NCBI GenBank assembly: GCA_001179505.1
Contig: CDMY01000305.1
Location: 248,001-312,000, forward strand
Direction of reading: 5' to 3'
DNA length: 64,000 nucleotides
Source of the DNA: Vitrella brassicaformis CCMP3155
Taxonomy: Eukaryota; Protista; Chromerida
Shown: one piece after another, positions 24,909 to 34,945 of the stretch
Layout: each line of letters starts with the position of its first letter
How positions within the stretch are numbered: the first letter of the stretch is position 1
Notes under the pieces: model-generated
The model's input: the letters and a program-made list of their open reading frames with translations, nothing else
The model's database searches: none
What the model was told of the DNA's origin: nothing
Translations under genes and position numbers: made by a program

Positions 24909-27900
24909 TATATGCTATGCAGGCTGTTCAGCAGTTCGGGCGCATTCACCGCTCGAACCAGCTGCACTGCCCCCGGTTCAACCTCGTCGTGACGGACATG
25001 GGCAGCGAGCTGCGCTTCACCTCCACAGTCGCGCGGCGCATGAAGATGCTCGGTCAACCAGCGAAGGAGGAGAACGAACACCGAACCACTGCACCCATGG
25101 CACACTGCGCGTGTGTGTCATCTGACTGTCTGTCTGCAACCAGGTGCGCTGACCCATGGAGATCGGCGTGCGACTATGGGGGAGGCCGAGATGGCCACTC
25201 TGCAGGACTGCGACGCACAGGTGCGTCGCAGTGGGGGAGGGATCTCTCTCTGCTCGCGGCTATGTGTGTGTGTGTGTGTGTGTGTAGCGCAAGGAGGGCA
25301 AGGAAGCGCTGGCGCAGCTGTACAATCTCATCACACGGGCCAAAGATGAGGTCAGTGAGTGTGAGTGGCTGCGGGTGGGGGGATGTTCCTCGCACACACG
25401 CCCACCGACTTGCATCATCCTGCGGTTCGGTTCTCTTTGTGTTGTGTCTATGTGTGTGTGTGTGTGGCAGAGTGAGTCGTTTGCCGAGCAGATGGACCTA
25501 TCATTCGTAATTAGGCCACCGACCGACCGACCCACTCACTACTCACCCACCCAACAGCCATGAAACACACGCCCACCCATTCACTCATTCATCAGGTGCG
25601 TGAGGGACAGCGTGATGATATCGATGACAATGCATCCGACTCCGGACAGTCCGACAAAGGACAGCACCAGCAGCACCAGCAGCACCAGCAGCGGCAGCAG
25701 GGGGGTGGGGGTGAGGGTGAAGGTGCAGAGGGCGACATGATGGAGAACGACCAGGCAGACGACGACGACCACACCACACCCACCTACCTCAAGTCACCCC
25801 CCCACACACCCCCACCCCACACACACACGCAGATGGATGGATGGATGTGTGTATGTGTGTGTGCAGGCATTTCGATTCGTTCAAGGAGTTCGCGACCGAG
25901 TCGCACAAGGAGATGACCCTCCTCGGCATCAAAATGTGCACGGAGGTACCACACACACACACACACAGACGCCTCTGCAGTGGTGGCTGCTGTGTGTGGA
26001 TGTCACGGCAGAGAGACGAGCATGGCAACAGGCTCAAGTCGACGGACATCAGGACGTAGGCAACACGGACACACACAAGTACACGACATGTAGATGTGCA
26101 CGGCAGCGATGGATGCACTTGTGTGTCTGTCTGTATGTGTCTGTCTTTCAGGTTCCTGAATCGTCTGCTGATGATGCAGCCACACATCCAGAACAGCCTC
26201 CACGAGTGGCTCATGTGTAGGCGCCACCCAACAGACTCATCCGTGTGTGAGTGCTGTGAATCAATCGTCAGTTCTGATCGCCGAGCAGGAGAGCATCGGC
26301 AAGAGCAGCGACAAGGACGCCATCACCGACCTCAACCGCACTTTCAGGGGCGCCGCACACGGCAGCCAAACCGTCACCTTCACGCGCCACGAAGTCATCG
26401 CCACGGACCCACACACAAATGCACAGACGGTAGGCACACACAAGCCAGCCACACACACGGGGAGAGAGAGATACCGCGGACGACGGCACTCACAAATGTC
26501 TTTGTGTGTGTGTGCGTGTGTGTGTGTGTGTGTGTGAGCAGCTGTATACCAAGGTGGTGGTTGACAGGGGGCTGCCGTGGGCGTCTGCCAGGGATCTCTA
26601 TGCGGGCACACGCAAGAGCAAAGATCGGTTTGGCAGGAGGAGGGACCCACACAAGAAAGACAGACCAGAGGTACATTGAACAGCCAGCCTCTCACCCCTG
26701 TCAACTCCCGACACACACACATGTGTCTGTTGTCTGTTGCTTACGGTCCAGGGCTTCTACTGGTGGTCACCACAAGGGTCCAATCGCGCGCTGCCCATCC
26801 TGGTCATTCAGAAGCGCGAGACCATCGCAGCGGTATGCATGTTTGTTTACACCACTCCCTCACACACACAAACACGTAGGAAGGCACCACGTGGTGTGCT
26901 GTGCTGTGTGTGGTTTTGGGTGCAGGAGAGGCGCTTTGTGGTGTACCGGCCGAGTGTGGGTGCGAGTGCGGAGCTGGGCAAACACAAGCTCGTGACGCTC
27001 AAGGCGCTGCAGGAGCTCACTGACGCCAATACGCTACAGGTACCCACACAAACACAGACACAGAGCACACAGCTCGCACAGAGGCATACGCATGTTGTCG
27101 TGTGTGTGTGTGTGTGCCAGAAAGTAGCTGTGACCAAGGTTGGTGGTGTCGATGACCTCAGCCGCATTGAACAACCGTATGCAGGCAGTGCACATCATTC
27201 CAGCCAGCACAACAAGGAAGCGACGTGTGTGTGTGTGTGTGTGTCTGTCCTCCCTCGGTGATGCATCAACCAGGTGGACTGAGTGGTATGACCGGACCAA
27301 GCACTTCTGCCACCACATGTGAGTGTGAGCCTGAGTGACCAAGCTGATCCATCCATCCATATCCATCACCGCGGACGACGTGTGTGTACCATGATACATC
27401 CTCTGTGTGTGGCATGTTTTGATGGATATGGATGCAGCCAGTACAGCAGCACCGTCCCCCAAGACAAGCTCAACGCCAAGGGACAGCACGTCCTGGGGTC
27501 AGCCAACCAAACAACCACACACACACCCTTAACCCACCCCACTGATCCATCCACCTCTGCGTGTCAGTGACGGCAGTGTGTGTCGGTCCGGCATGCGCAA
27601 GATGGAGGCCCACATCATCAGCGGCAATGTCCTCCACTCGTTCGGGTTCCTCGACAGACACTTCAAGGCCGACAAGAAACAAACCAACGACACCAAGGTT
27701 GGTACCCCACACACACCATCCACCACCAAGCCACTGCACACTGTCGTCCTTCCCTGGTTGTCTTGTCGTCAGGGTGGTCGCAATGCGGCAGTGGATGACG
27801 AGCAGCAAGAGGAGGGCGATGGCGGCGAGGTGACGTTCTTCAAGACCAAGGGCAGCAGCAGCAGCAAGGCCAATAGCGACGGTCGGTGAGGAGAGGAGGC

Positions 27901-29262
27901 GCTTTGCTCCCCCATCCCTCATGTCTGTATGTCTGTTGGGTGTTGCTGTCTGCGTGCAGGTCAGCTGCAGATCTCACGAGCCACCGCAAGTGCCGGGAGA
28001 CATGCAGGTGAGCCCTGACGGACACACAATGGCAGAAATCTGTCTGTGTGTCTATGTGTGTGTTAAGGCAAGTCGATAGTGGGCGTGGAGGTGGAGCCAT
28101 GCCAGGTGGACGATGTCGTCACGATGGTCGGCATCATCGAGAACCACGGGATATTCACAGCACACGACCCAGCCACCACAAAGGATGATGATGCAGATGG
28201 TACACACACACACACACACACCTCTTCTCTCGTGCCCATGTCTGTCTGTCTGTCTGTGTGTGTAGATGTGGAGAAGATGGCCGAGTACGCCGAGAGAATG
28301 TTGGCTGTGCTTGCGAGCGCCAAGGACCATCCCCGTCGCCAGCTCACATCCATCGTCAAGGCAAGCCGCCAACCACACCACACCACCATTGATACGTGTC
28401 TGTGCATGTGTGTGTGTGTGTGTGTGTATGCAAGTCATCAGCTACTCCATCGACATCGGCCTCCTCCTCCCTCCCACAGCCACCTCTCTCCTCCGCGCAC
28501 ACAAGGCCCTCCGCGCCCTCCTCGCCCACCAGATCATCGCCATCGATGAGACCAGCGGCACCACCGTCCACAAACCTTCTGCAGACGTGCGCCGCCTCTT
28601 CCAGACGGGCAATAGTGATGGGGCTGACGGCGGTGGTGGCGGGGTGAGGATGCCCCCCAAAGACCTCAGGGCCACTGGTAGGTAAGGAGGGGTGGGATCC
28701 GGCGGGCTGAGGGGGGCAGAGTAAACACATGCTGTGGGTGCACTGGTTGGCGGTGTGTCAGTGCTGTTTGCTGACATGCAGTTGTGAGACTGGCCCGAGC
28801 GCTTGTCCAGCACCTGAAGGCGCCCGCGTGTCGGGGGAAGATCGACAACCACAATGTGTGCATGTACCGGAATATGACCAGCAACGAGGAGGTGATGCAC
28901 ACACACACACACCGGGGGGACCCACCTGTCTGTCTGTCGTCGTGTGTGGGTTTGCTGAATGAATGAACTAACGCAGATTTGTCACCTCCTGCACGGTGAG
29001 AGCTTCGTCCCCCCGCTGCATGGGTGCCTCGCCACCATCCAATACGTCGTGGAGGGTATCGTACGCACCGCATCATGCCCACAGAACCACGTCAAATGCA
29101 CGGATGTCTTTATCTATGTCTCCTCCATCTCTGTGGCGTGTAGGTCTGGAGTTTCACGACATCATCCTTGCCCCAGACGAGACGGAGGGCACTATCCTGC
29201 TGAAGCCCCATGTCAATGTGATGCCGCCATTCGGCAGAATATGGGGGGAGCCGAACGTGTAG
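19523..29262 (+). CDS. SBNO: Strawberry notch family helicase-like protein (AAA_34 + Helicase_C_4); more than 25 exons, spans an N gap
   Basis: GLLSSTQLESF, LGDGTGSGKGR, GAIIFDESHKAK, VIYASATAASE, WAAVQRFFK, ISMWSTGE, HVAELTGRR, ITEAASAGISLH, ELPWSAD, QQFGRIHRSNQ, ELRFTSTVARRMKMLG and FLNRLLMM. Final exon ends ...GEPNV* at 29262. Confidence 0.93.
20738..20781. repeat. Intronic 7-mer tandem repeat (GTCTTGT)n
   Basis: gtcttgtgtcttgtgtcttgtgtcttgtgtcttgcgtcttgcg. Confidence 0.8.
22918..23217. other. Assembly gap (300 N) inside an SBNO intron
   Basis: Run of N. Both flanks carry the same CGGTAACCCCCC sequence, which suggests overlapping contig ends at a poly-C tract. Confidence 0.95.
27354..27434. 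repeat. Perfect 15-bp inverted repeat within one SBNO intron
   Basis: CATCCATATCCATCA (27354-27368) is the exact reverse complement of TGATGGATATGGATG (27420-27434). The acceptor CAG follows at 27435-27437. Confidence 0.9.
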
Positions 29263-29890
29263 ATTGCTCACTGGATGCAGAGAGGGGCCTAAGGCGTCAT
29301 GCTCCCGTTTTTGACCTTTATGGGTATGTGGGCGTCCATGCGTGTGTGTTTATATATGGGATCGTGTGTGCGCGCACTTTTGTTCTTCTGTCTGCCTGTC
29401 TGTCTGTCTGTCTGTCTGTCTGTGTGGCCTATATGTCGATCTACACTCACTGCAGGTGTCTGTCATCTCGAAAGAGCCGAGTGTGTGTGACAGTGTGTCT
29501 GTGTGTGTGTGCATCAGCCAGCCGGCATGTATGTGTGTATCCCTCCGTGTGCATATATAGATAGCTCCTGACGCATGGCATGGGTGGACGATCGATTCAT
29601 GTGGGTCAGTCAGTCAGTCAGTGAGTGCTCGACTTGGCTGACATGTGATTCACACGCAGCGCTGTGTCGATCAACAATCAATCCTACGTCGTATGTATGT
29701 AATATATGTGTATATAGAAGGTCGACGTCGATCACAGACACACACATAGGTACACGCACACTACCCATGTACCAAGAAGGACAAACAGCTGCAGCAACCC
29801 TTACACACAAAGGCGTATGTCGCATTCTTTGCCAGAGACCCCTGTTCGGTACTCTTTGAGTATATTCTGATGGACTCGCCTTGGTGTGCT

Positions 29891-30439
29891 CTATGGCTGA
29901 TTCATCATTTCAAGGGTCGCCGCGTATGCTTGAAGACGTCCAATGTCTTTGAGCCTGCCAGCACACTTCTCGAGCACAGATACGATCTGCTCGTATGTCT
30001 CTCGGGCCAGCAAGGTCCTCTTCTCCAAGACGATGCGGGTGACGCTCAGCAAGTCGTGTAAGCCCAGACTGCAGATACTGGAGCTCATCGAAGGGCTGTA
30101 GTAGCACTGCGCGTGGCTCCCGAACGCGGTGTCTCTGATGGCTGCGCACGAGAGCGTGCTGACGTCGGCCGAGACGAGCGCAGACTGCAGGCAGCTCATT
30201 GTGTCGAAGAACCACGTCTGTCCCTTTGGTGTGAACGCGTCTGCCTGCGTTCGGAACTTTTCGCAGAAGTAGTTGCCGTATCCGAGCGCATATCCGTCTT
30301 GTCCGCACGGCACCGTCTGCTCGACGCACTCGGTGTAATACGCGCACGAGCCACGCTCTGGCGCGCTGCAGTTGCCCGCAGTCGTCACGCTTATCCACGA
30401 CGCAAGCAGTAGTACGTGACTGAAGACGTGCTTTGACAT
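29891..30439 (-). CDS. Secreted stanniocalcin-like cysteine-rich protein; single exon
   Basis: Signal peptide, then the pattern C..C.YY..C.E...CG..GYALGYG..FC.KF...F...G..W...TM.CLQ..L...C..I...AF.SH..CY...C.L, which matches my recollection of non-vertebrate stanniocalcin homologues. Confidence 0.8.
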   Translation of the reverse strand: MSKHVFSHVLLLASWISVTTAGNCSAPERGSCAYYTECVEQTVPCGQDGYALGYGNYFCEKFRTQADAFTPKGQTWFFDTMSCLQSALVSADVSTLSCAAIRDTAFGSHAQCYYSPSMSSSICSLGLHDLLSVTRIVLEKRTLLARETYEQIVSVLEKCAGRLKDIGRLQAYAATLEMMNQP

Positions 30440-30520
30440 CTTCTTTGACCGTGGCCGTTAACGTTTACTAGGCTGTACAGCGTGGCTGCCACAAGTAAAT
30501 TGGTGTGATAATTGACCGAT
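30440..30520. promoter_or_regulatory. Candidate 81-bp bidirectional promoter region
   Basis: Lies between the divergent ATGs at 30439 (-) and 30521 (+); relatively AT-rich and free of microsatellites. Confidence 0.5.
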
Positions 30521-32230
30521 ATGATGCGTCGGTTGTGGGTGGCCCTTTTCCTCCTTGCACCCGCTGCCTTCGGAGCAATCGAATTCCTTCTCACTGACAA
30601 ACAGAACCTTGAACAGAACGAGAGCGGTAAGCCACTCAGTGCTCTCTGTTGACAACGCCCTTCTTGAGCCTTGTCCTTCCCAGCTGACCATGAGGTCTGT
30701 ATCATCGGCGCGGGACCCAGCGGCGTTGGTGCGGCTCACCACCTTGTGCAGAAAGGCTACTCCAACATCCTACTGCTGGAAAAACTGGACAGAATCGGCG
30801 GCAAGTGCAGGGATATCGAGCGAGCGGACAATGCCAACGGCGAATTCGTCAACCGCACCTACAACCTCGGTGCCATCCTCATGCTTCGGGACTACAAAGA
30901 GGTCCCTGAGCTCGCCGACATCTACGGTCGCACCTTCGAACTGTTCGCTCTCGGGGTGCCGCAATCTTTCTTCACCGACTTCAACGCCAAGAAGCTGTTC
31001 ACCCCTTCTCTTCCGCTCACCAACATCGGCAGCCTCCTCGAGCTCAACAGCATCGAGGACCTGCAGGAGATCATTGTGGGCGTCACCAGCATATTGGCGT
31101 ATGTGGACATCTGGAAAGGTTACGTCGCCATTGATGAGGAGACCGGCGAGCCGGATCCAAAGCGACCTCTCGCCTACGAGCCCACTCTTACATCCATCGA
31201 CTTCGACCGCTACCCAGAGCTTGCGGATCCGGCCAACAAGTTCATCGCAGACCGCTTCACGGAGCGCGGCCTCGGTCCGGAGCACATCGAGTTCTTCCGG
31301 AATGCCCTCTTCGTGGTGGAGGACACCGGCTATCTTTCTGCCGATTTCACTCCGATGGCGTACTGGTTGAGGGGTCTGACGCCGACTTTCATATTTGAGG
31401 GTTTGACCGGCACTTTTCAAAGACTAGTGGGAGGCTGTACATCGCTGCTGAAGGCCATAGTGGACACGCTGTCTGCCAAGGGAAAGCTAGAGGTCATGCT
31501 CAGTGCGGAAATTGTGAACACTGTGCGGGAGTCCGATCAGCCGTCGCTAATCCAGCTGTCCGACGGCACTGAAAGGACGTGCGACCGGATTATCGTGGCA
31601 TTTCCTCAGATCACGGCTGACATGAAATTCCTCAGCCTGGACGAGGAGGAGAACGATGTCTTCGGGAAGGTGTACCACGCCCCGTATGTCTCCACACTTG
31701 TGGACTTATCATACGAGCACATGCCCAATCCGAAGACCTCCAGGCTATTGGGCAATCTCGATACGTCTGTCCAGCCTCCCGCTCTTCGATCAGTTGTCGG
31801 TGCAGGCCACCCAGCGTTGATCGTCGCGATTTACGGTGCAGACCCAGGAGCCGGCCTCATTGTCTACCAGAGTTACGATCGGCAGCAGCACCCCTTCAAC
31901 GACACGCTGAAGCAGGACAGCGCGCAGATCATGACGGAGATCTTCTTCAACGGGGATTCGAAAGAGTACGAGGCCAACCTGACCGAAGTCAACTTCTGGA
32001 CCTATGTGAGTTGTCAAGGGAGAGCGACCGCATCACTTGTCCATACTTTGTGTGCTTCCTGCGTGCAGTTTCCCCACGTGAGTGGCGAAGAGCTCCGGGC
32101 GGGCTTTTACCAGCGGCTGGAGGCGCTGCAGGGGAACAAGAAGACCTACTGGACAGGCGGGCTGCTCAAGTTCGACATCGTCGATGCTGCCATGGTCTAC
32201 AGCCGATATCTGGTTGAGACCTACTTCTGA
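30521..32230 (+). CDS. Secreted FAD-dependent flavoprotein of the amine-oxidase fold, similar to polyunsaturated fatty acid isomerase PAI; 3 exons (introns 30627-30683 and 32006-32068)
   Basis: Signal peptide MMRRLWVALFLLAPAAFG. Motifs IIGAGPSG, LLEK..RIGGKC, YNLGAI and GY......AY, plus C-terminal WTY|FPHVSGEELRAGFYQRLEALQGNKKTYWTGGLLKF...YSRYLVETYF. Confidence 0.82.
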
Positions 32231-32828
32231 CTTTGCAGAACACCGCTCGCCGCTCGCCCGCAGCCAAGGGATGTCAAGCAGCAGCTACCGGTCACTGGCC
32301 GTCTCTGTGGCGGGGACACAGTATAGGAGATGAATGAATGGGGACGGGGACGGGGCTGCTGATGGTCTGCGGCTGGTCGGTTGGTTCAGGTTCATGTGGC
32401 TGGCTGCTGAGAGAGGGCCCGTTGTCTGCCTGCGTGTGTGCATGTGTGTCTGGATGTATGGCCCCGCTGACTTGCACAGTGACTGATAGCTGGGTGGGTG
32501 AGGTCAGGCGGGGCATGCGGCGGTGCGGGCAGTACTATGACGTGGAGCTGCCCATCCCTGATGACGACGATGAGGCACGCCCGGATGGGGGCAGGGGAGT
32601 CAGACAGAGTAATTGACTAGCCAGTGAATGACCCGAAAGAGATGGCTGTAGGTGTGTGTGTACATGTGAATGTATTACAATCGCACCTATACATATTTCG
32701 AGCTACAGATCGCCGCCTTACCACAATCACAATCAACAGTCCTCGTCTCTCTGTCTCTCTGTCTCTCTGTCTCATCTAGAGAGACGAGATCAATCCATTG
32801 GCCAGCCATCGCCAGCGACGTGATCAAG

Positions 32829-33486
32829 ATGCGTTGTGAGACTGCCTCGGGTGTGGCTTTGCTGCTGCTGTTTGTGTGCGGCGGTCTGCTGGCCGGAGAA
32901 GGAGAGGCACTCACACCGACCACACACAAAGGCAACAGTCACAATAACCCTCGACAAAATCCACGTCAGCTCATGCGTGTGGATCACCAGCAGACAGACA
33001 CTCAGAGACGCTGACTCTCTGCTTGTGTGTGTCTCTCTGTGTGTGGCATACAGGCCTTTGTCTTTGTAGGCCGATGAGTTGCGCGAGGCGCTGCGCGACG
33101 ACCGAGAGGAAGAGGCCCGCACTCGACAGACAATCGTATGAAAGACACACACACAGACACACGCAGACCATCCATCGGTGTCTGTCTGTGATTGTGTGTG
33201 TGTTTGTGTAGAGTGGCGTGGCCCGACGCAGAGGAGACCGAACTCACGCACATTTAGTGCCTAGCCAGCCAGCACCGCCCTGCCCTGCATGATCGATGCA
33301 CGGACGTGCCAGCGACTTGCGTGTGCAGACTTGTTTGTACTTCATGCAATCGTACGGAGACCCTGTGTGTGTGTGCCTTGTATTGTGTTGCTCGCCTTCC
33401 TTCAGGCGTTGAAGCCCCTGATGTCGGTCAGCACAGTCACCAACAAGACCACACACCAACCACAAGCAAGGGACACGGCAACCGCA
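32829..33486 (+). pseudogene. Chimeric inverted duplicate: exons 1-3 of the 15.0-16.2 kb secreted gene joined to the last acceptor/exon start of the desulfurase-TtcA gene
   Basis: 32829-33245 is the reverse complement of about 15820-16229, with a +15 nt insertion and an 11-nt frameshifting deletion. About 33361-33486 is the reverse complement of about 9290-9420. Confidence 0.85.
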
Positions 33487-33741
33487 CGTGTCAGAAAAAG
33501 GATCGTAGACGTGACACACAGGACCACATTGCAATACCCCTTCTCTCAATACTTTTACGTAACCACAATCGATTAATCGATCGTTCTTGGTCGGTGTCTG
33601 TCTATCTCATCCATCCATCCATCCATCCGTCCTTCGGCAATCACTCATACATCAGCACACACACATATCGGCAACTGTATGCATGTACCAGGAAAAGACC
33701 AACGGATTTGCTGGGCGATCGATGTGGTCTGGTCCCCATCA

Positions 33742-33781
33742 AATCTTATAGATCACATGTCAATCTTATAGATCACATGTC
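33742..33781. repeat. Exact 20-bp tandem duplication over the TMEM205 stop region
   Basis: aatcttatagatcacatgtc at 33742-33761 and again at 33762-33781. Confidence 0.9.
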
Positions 33782-34622
33782 GAGAAGGTGGGCCGGAGGG
33801 CGATGTCGGTGCCACCGACAGACACGCCGGCTTGATGGCCCAGGCGAAGGGAAATAGAGCCACCAGCCCGATAAGGTTGCTCAGTGACGAGATGCCGTGG
33901 TACATCCCGAACTTCTTGTTGAGCCGCTGCAGCTCGGTGTTGGCCTTGGCCATCTCCACAGTGGCGGGGTCGTCCTTCATGCTGACCCCGATGCCCAGCT
34001 CCCTCTCAATCGCGTGCCTCTCGTACATGGTGGCGGTAGTCTGGGGCTCCAGGTAAACCAGGTTGACGAGAGAGGAGGCCAGCGATAGGCCAGCACAGGT
34101 GTGAAGAAGGCGGTTTGACGGCATCAGGGCGGCTGTGGCGATGGTGAGGAGGGACGAGCAGATGGTGGACAGCTGGAAATAAGCGGGAAAGAGCTTGCTT
34201 TGCAGCTTGCCGAAGGTGTGACGAGGCACTACAAACACACACAATTAACTCTGCTGCAGTCGTTGCCTTGCCCCAAACCCACTCGTCAGTGTGCAAGGTT
34301 GCACTCCGCTCACCAGTGCGGAACATGGTGATGCCACTGACCAGCGAGACCCATACTTGCGAACCGAACAAGACGCCCCAGCTGAAATACACAAACGTAC
34401 ACACAGACATACACACACAGCAGATCTGCCATTTCGTTTCATCCATGTCTGTCTGTCTGCTTGCGAGTGTGCATTGCATTCCAATGCACACACACACCTG
34501 AGGCTGAGCAGCGGCGCCAGGCTCTCTCCGATGCCTTTGAGCCGCTGCGGTGCCGCCAGCGCACTCACAGACGCCACACCAAGAGCTGTGGCGATCTGGG
34601 AAAGCACGGGCAGCGACGACAT
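33753..34622 (-). CDS. TMEM205: TMEM205 / DUF4149 family membrane protein; 3 exons
   Basis: WGVLFGSQVWVSLVSGITMFR, RHTFGKLQSKLFPAYFQL, LVNLVYLEPQTTATM and LNKKFGMYHGISSLSNL. Confidence 0.85.
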
Positions 34623-34945
34623 CTCACTCAACTAAGCTGACGACCACCAATACAGCGGTTTTTGGAGCACCCGTTTTCTCTGTCTGGCGAGCTGAGAGAT
34701 GAGCTCGCGAGAGAAGGGAAGAAGAAAGGAGGGAAAGGAGGGAAAGGAAGATGGATGGCGCTGTGGCTCTATCGTCGTACCCGGCAAGATCCGATTATGC
34801 ATCTCCCGCTGAAGATCACTCGTCGCAGCACCAAGCGCATCGGCACTGGCACGGGATGCAGCGAGGGAACCATCGCAGTGACGCAAGCATGACCACGACT
34901 GCATCAGCTGAGGTGTGCAAATGGAGGAGGAACAGGCGAATCAGC

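Noticed and set aside
30555-31420. Overlapping long ORFs 30555-31370 (+) and 30770-31420 (-)
   Set aside because: They are alternative-frame and antisense shadows of the GC-rich PAI-like coding sequence, with no motifs of their own.
33244-33549. ORF sharing [29 protein letters not shown] with ORF 8969-9532
   Set aside because: The shared peptide is the antisense reading of the duplicated TtcA-gene segment, not a conserved domain.
32600-33800. Transposon (Pack-MULE/Helitron-like) explanation for the chimeric duplicate
   Set aside because: I could not find terminal inverted repeats, a flanking target-site duplication or a transposase. It remains possible but is unsupported.
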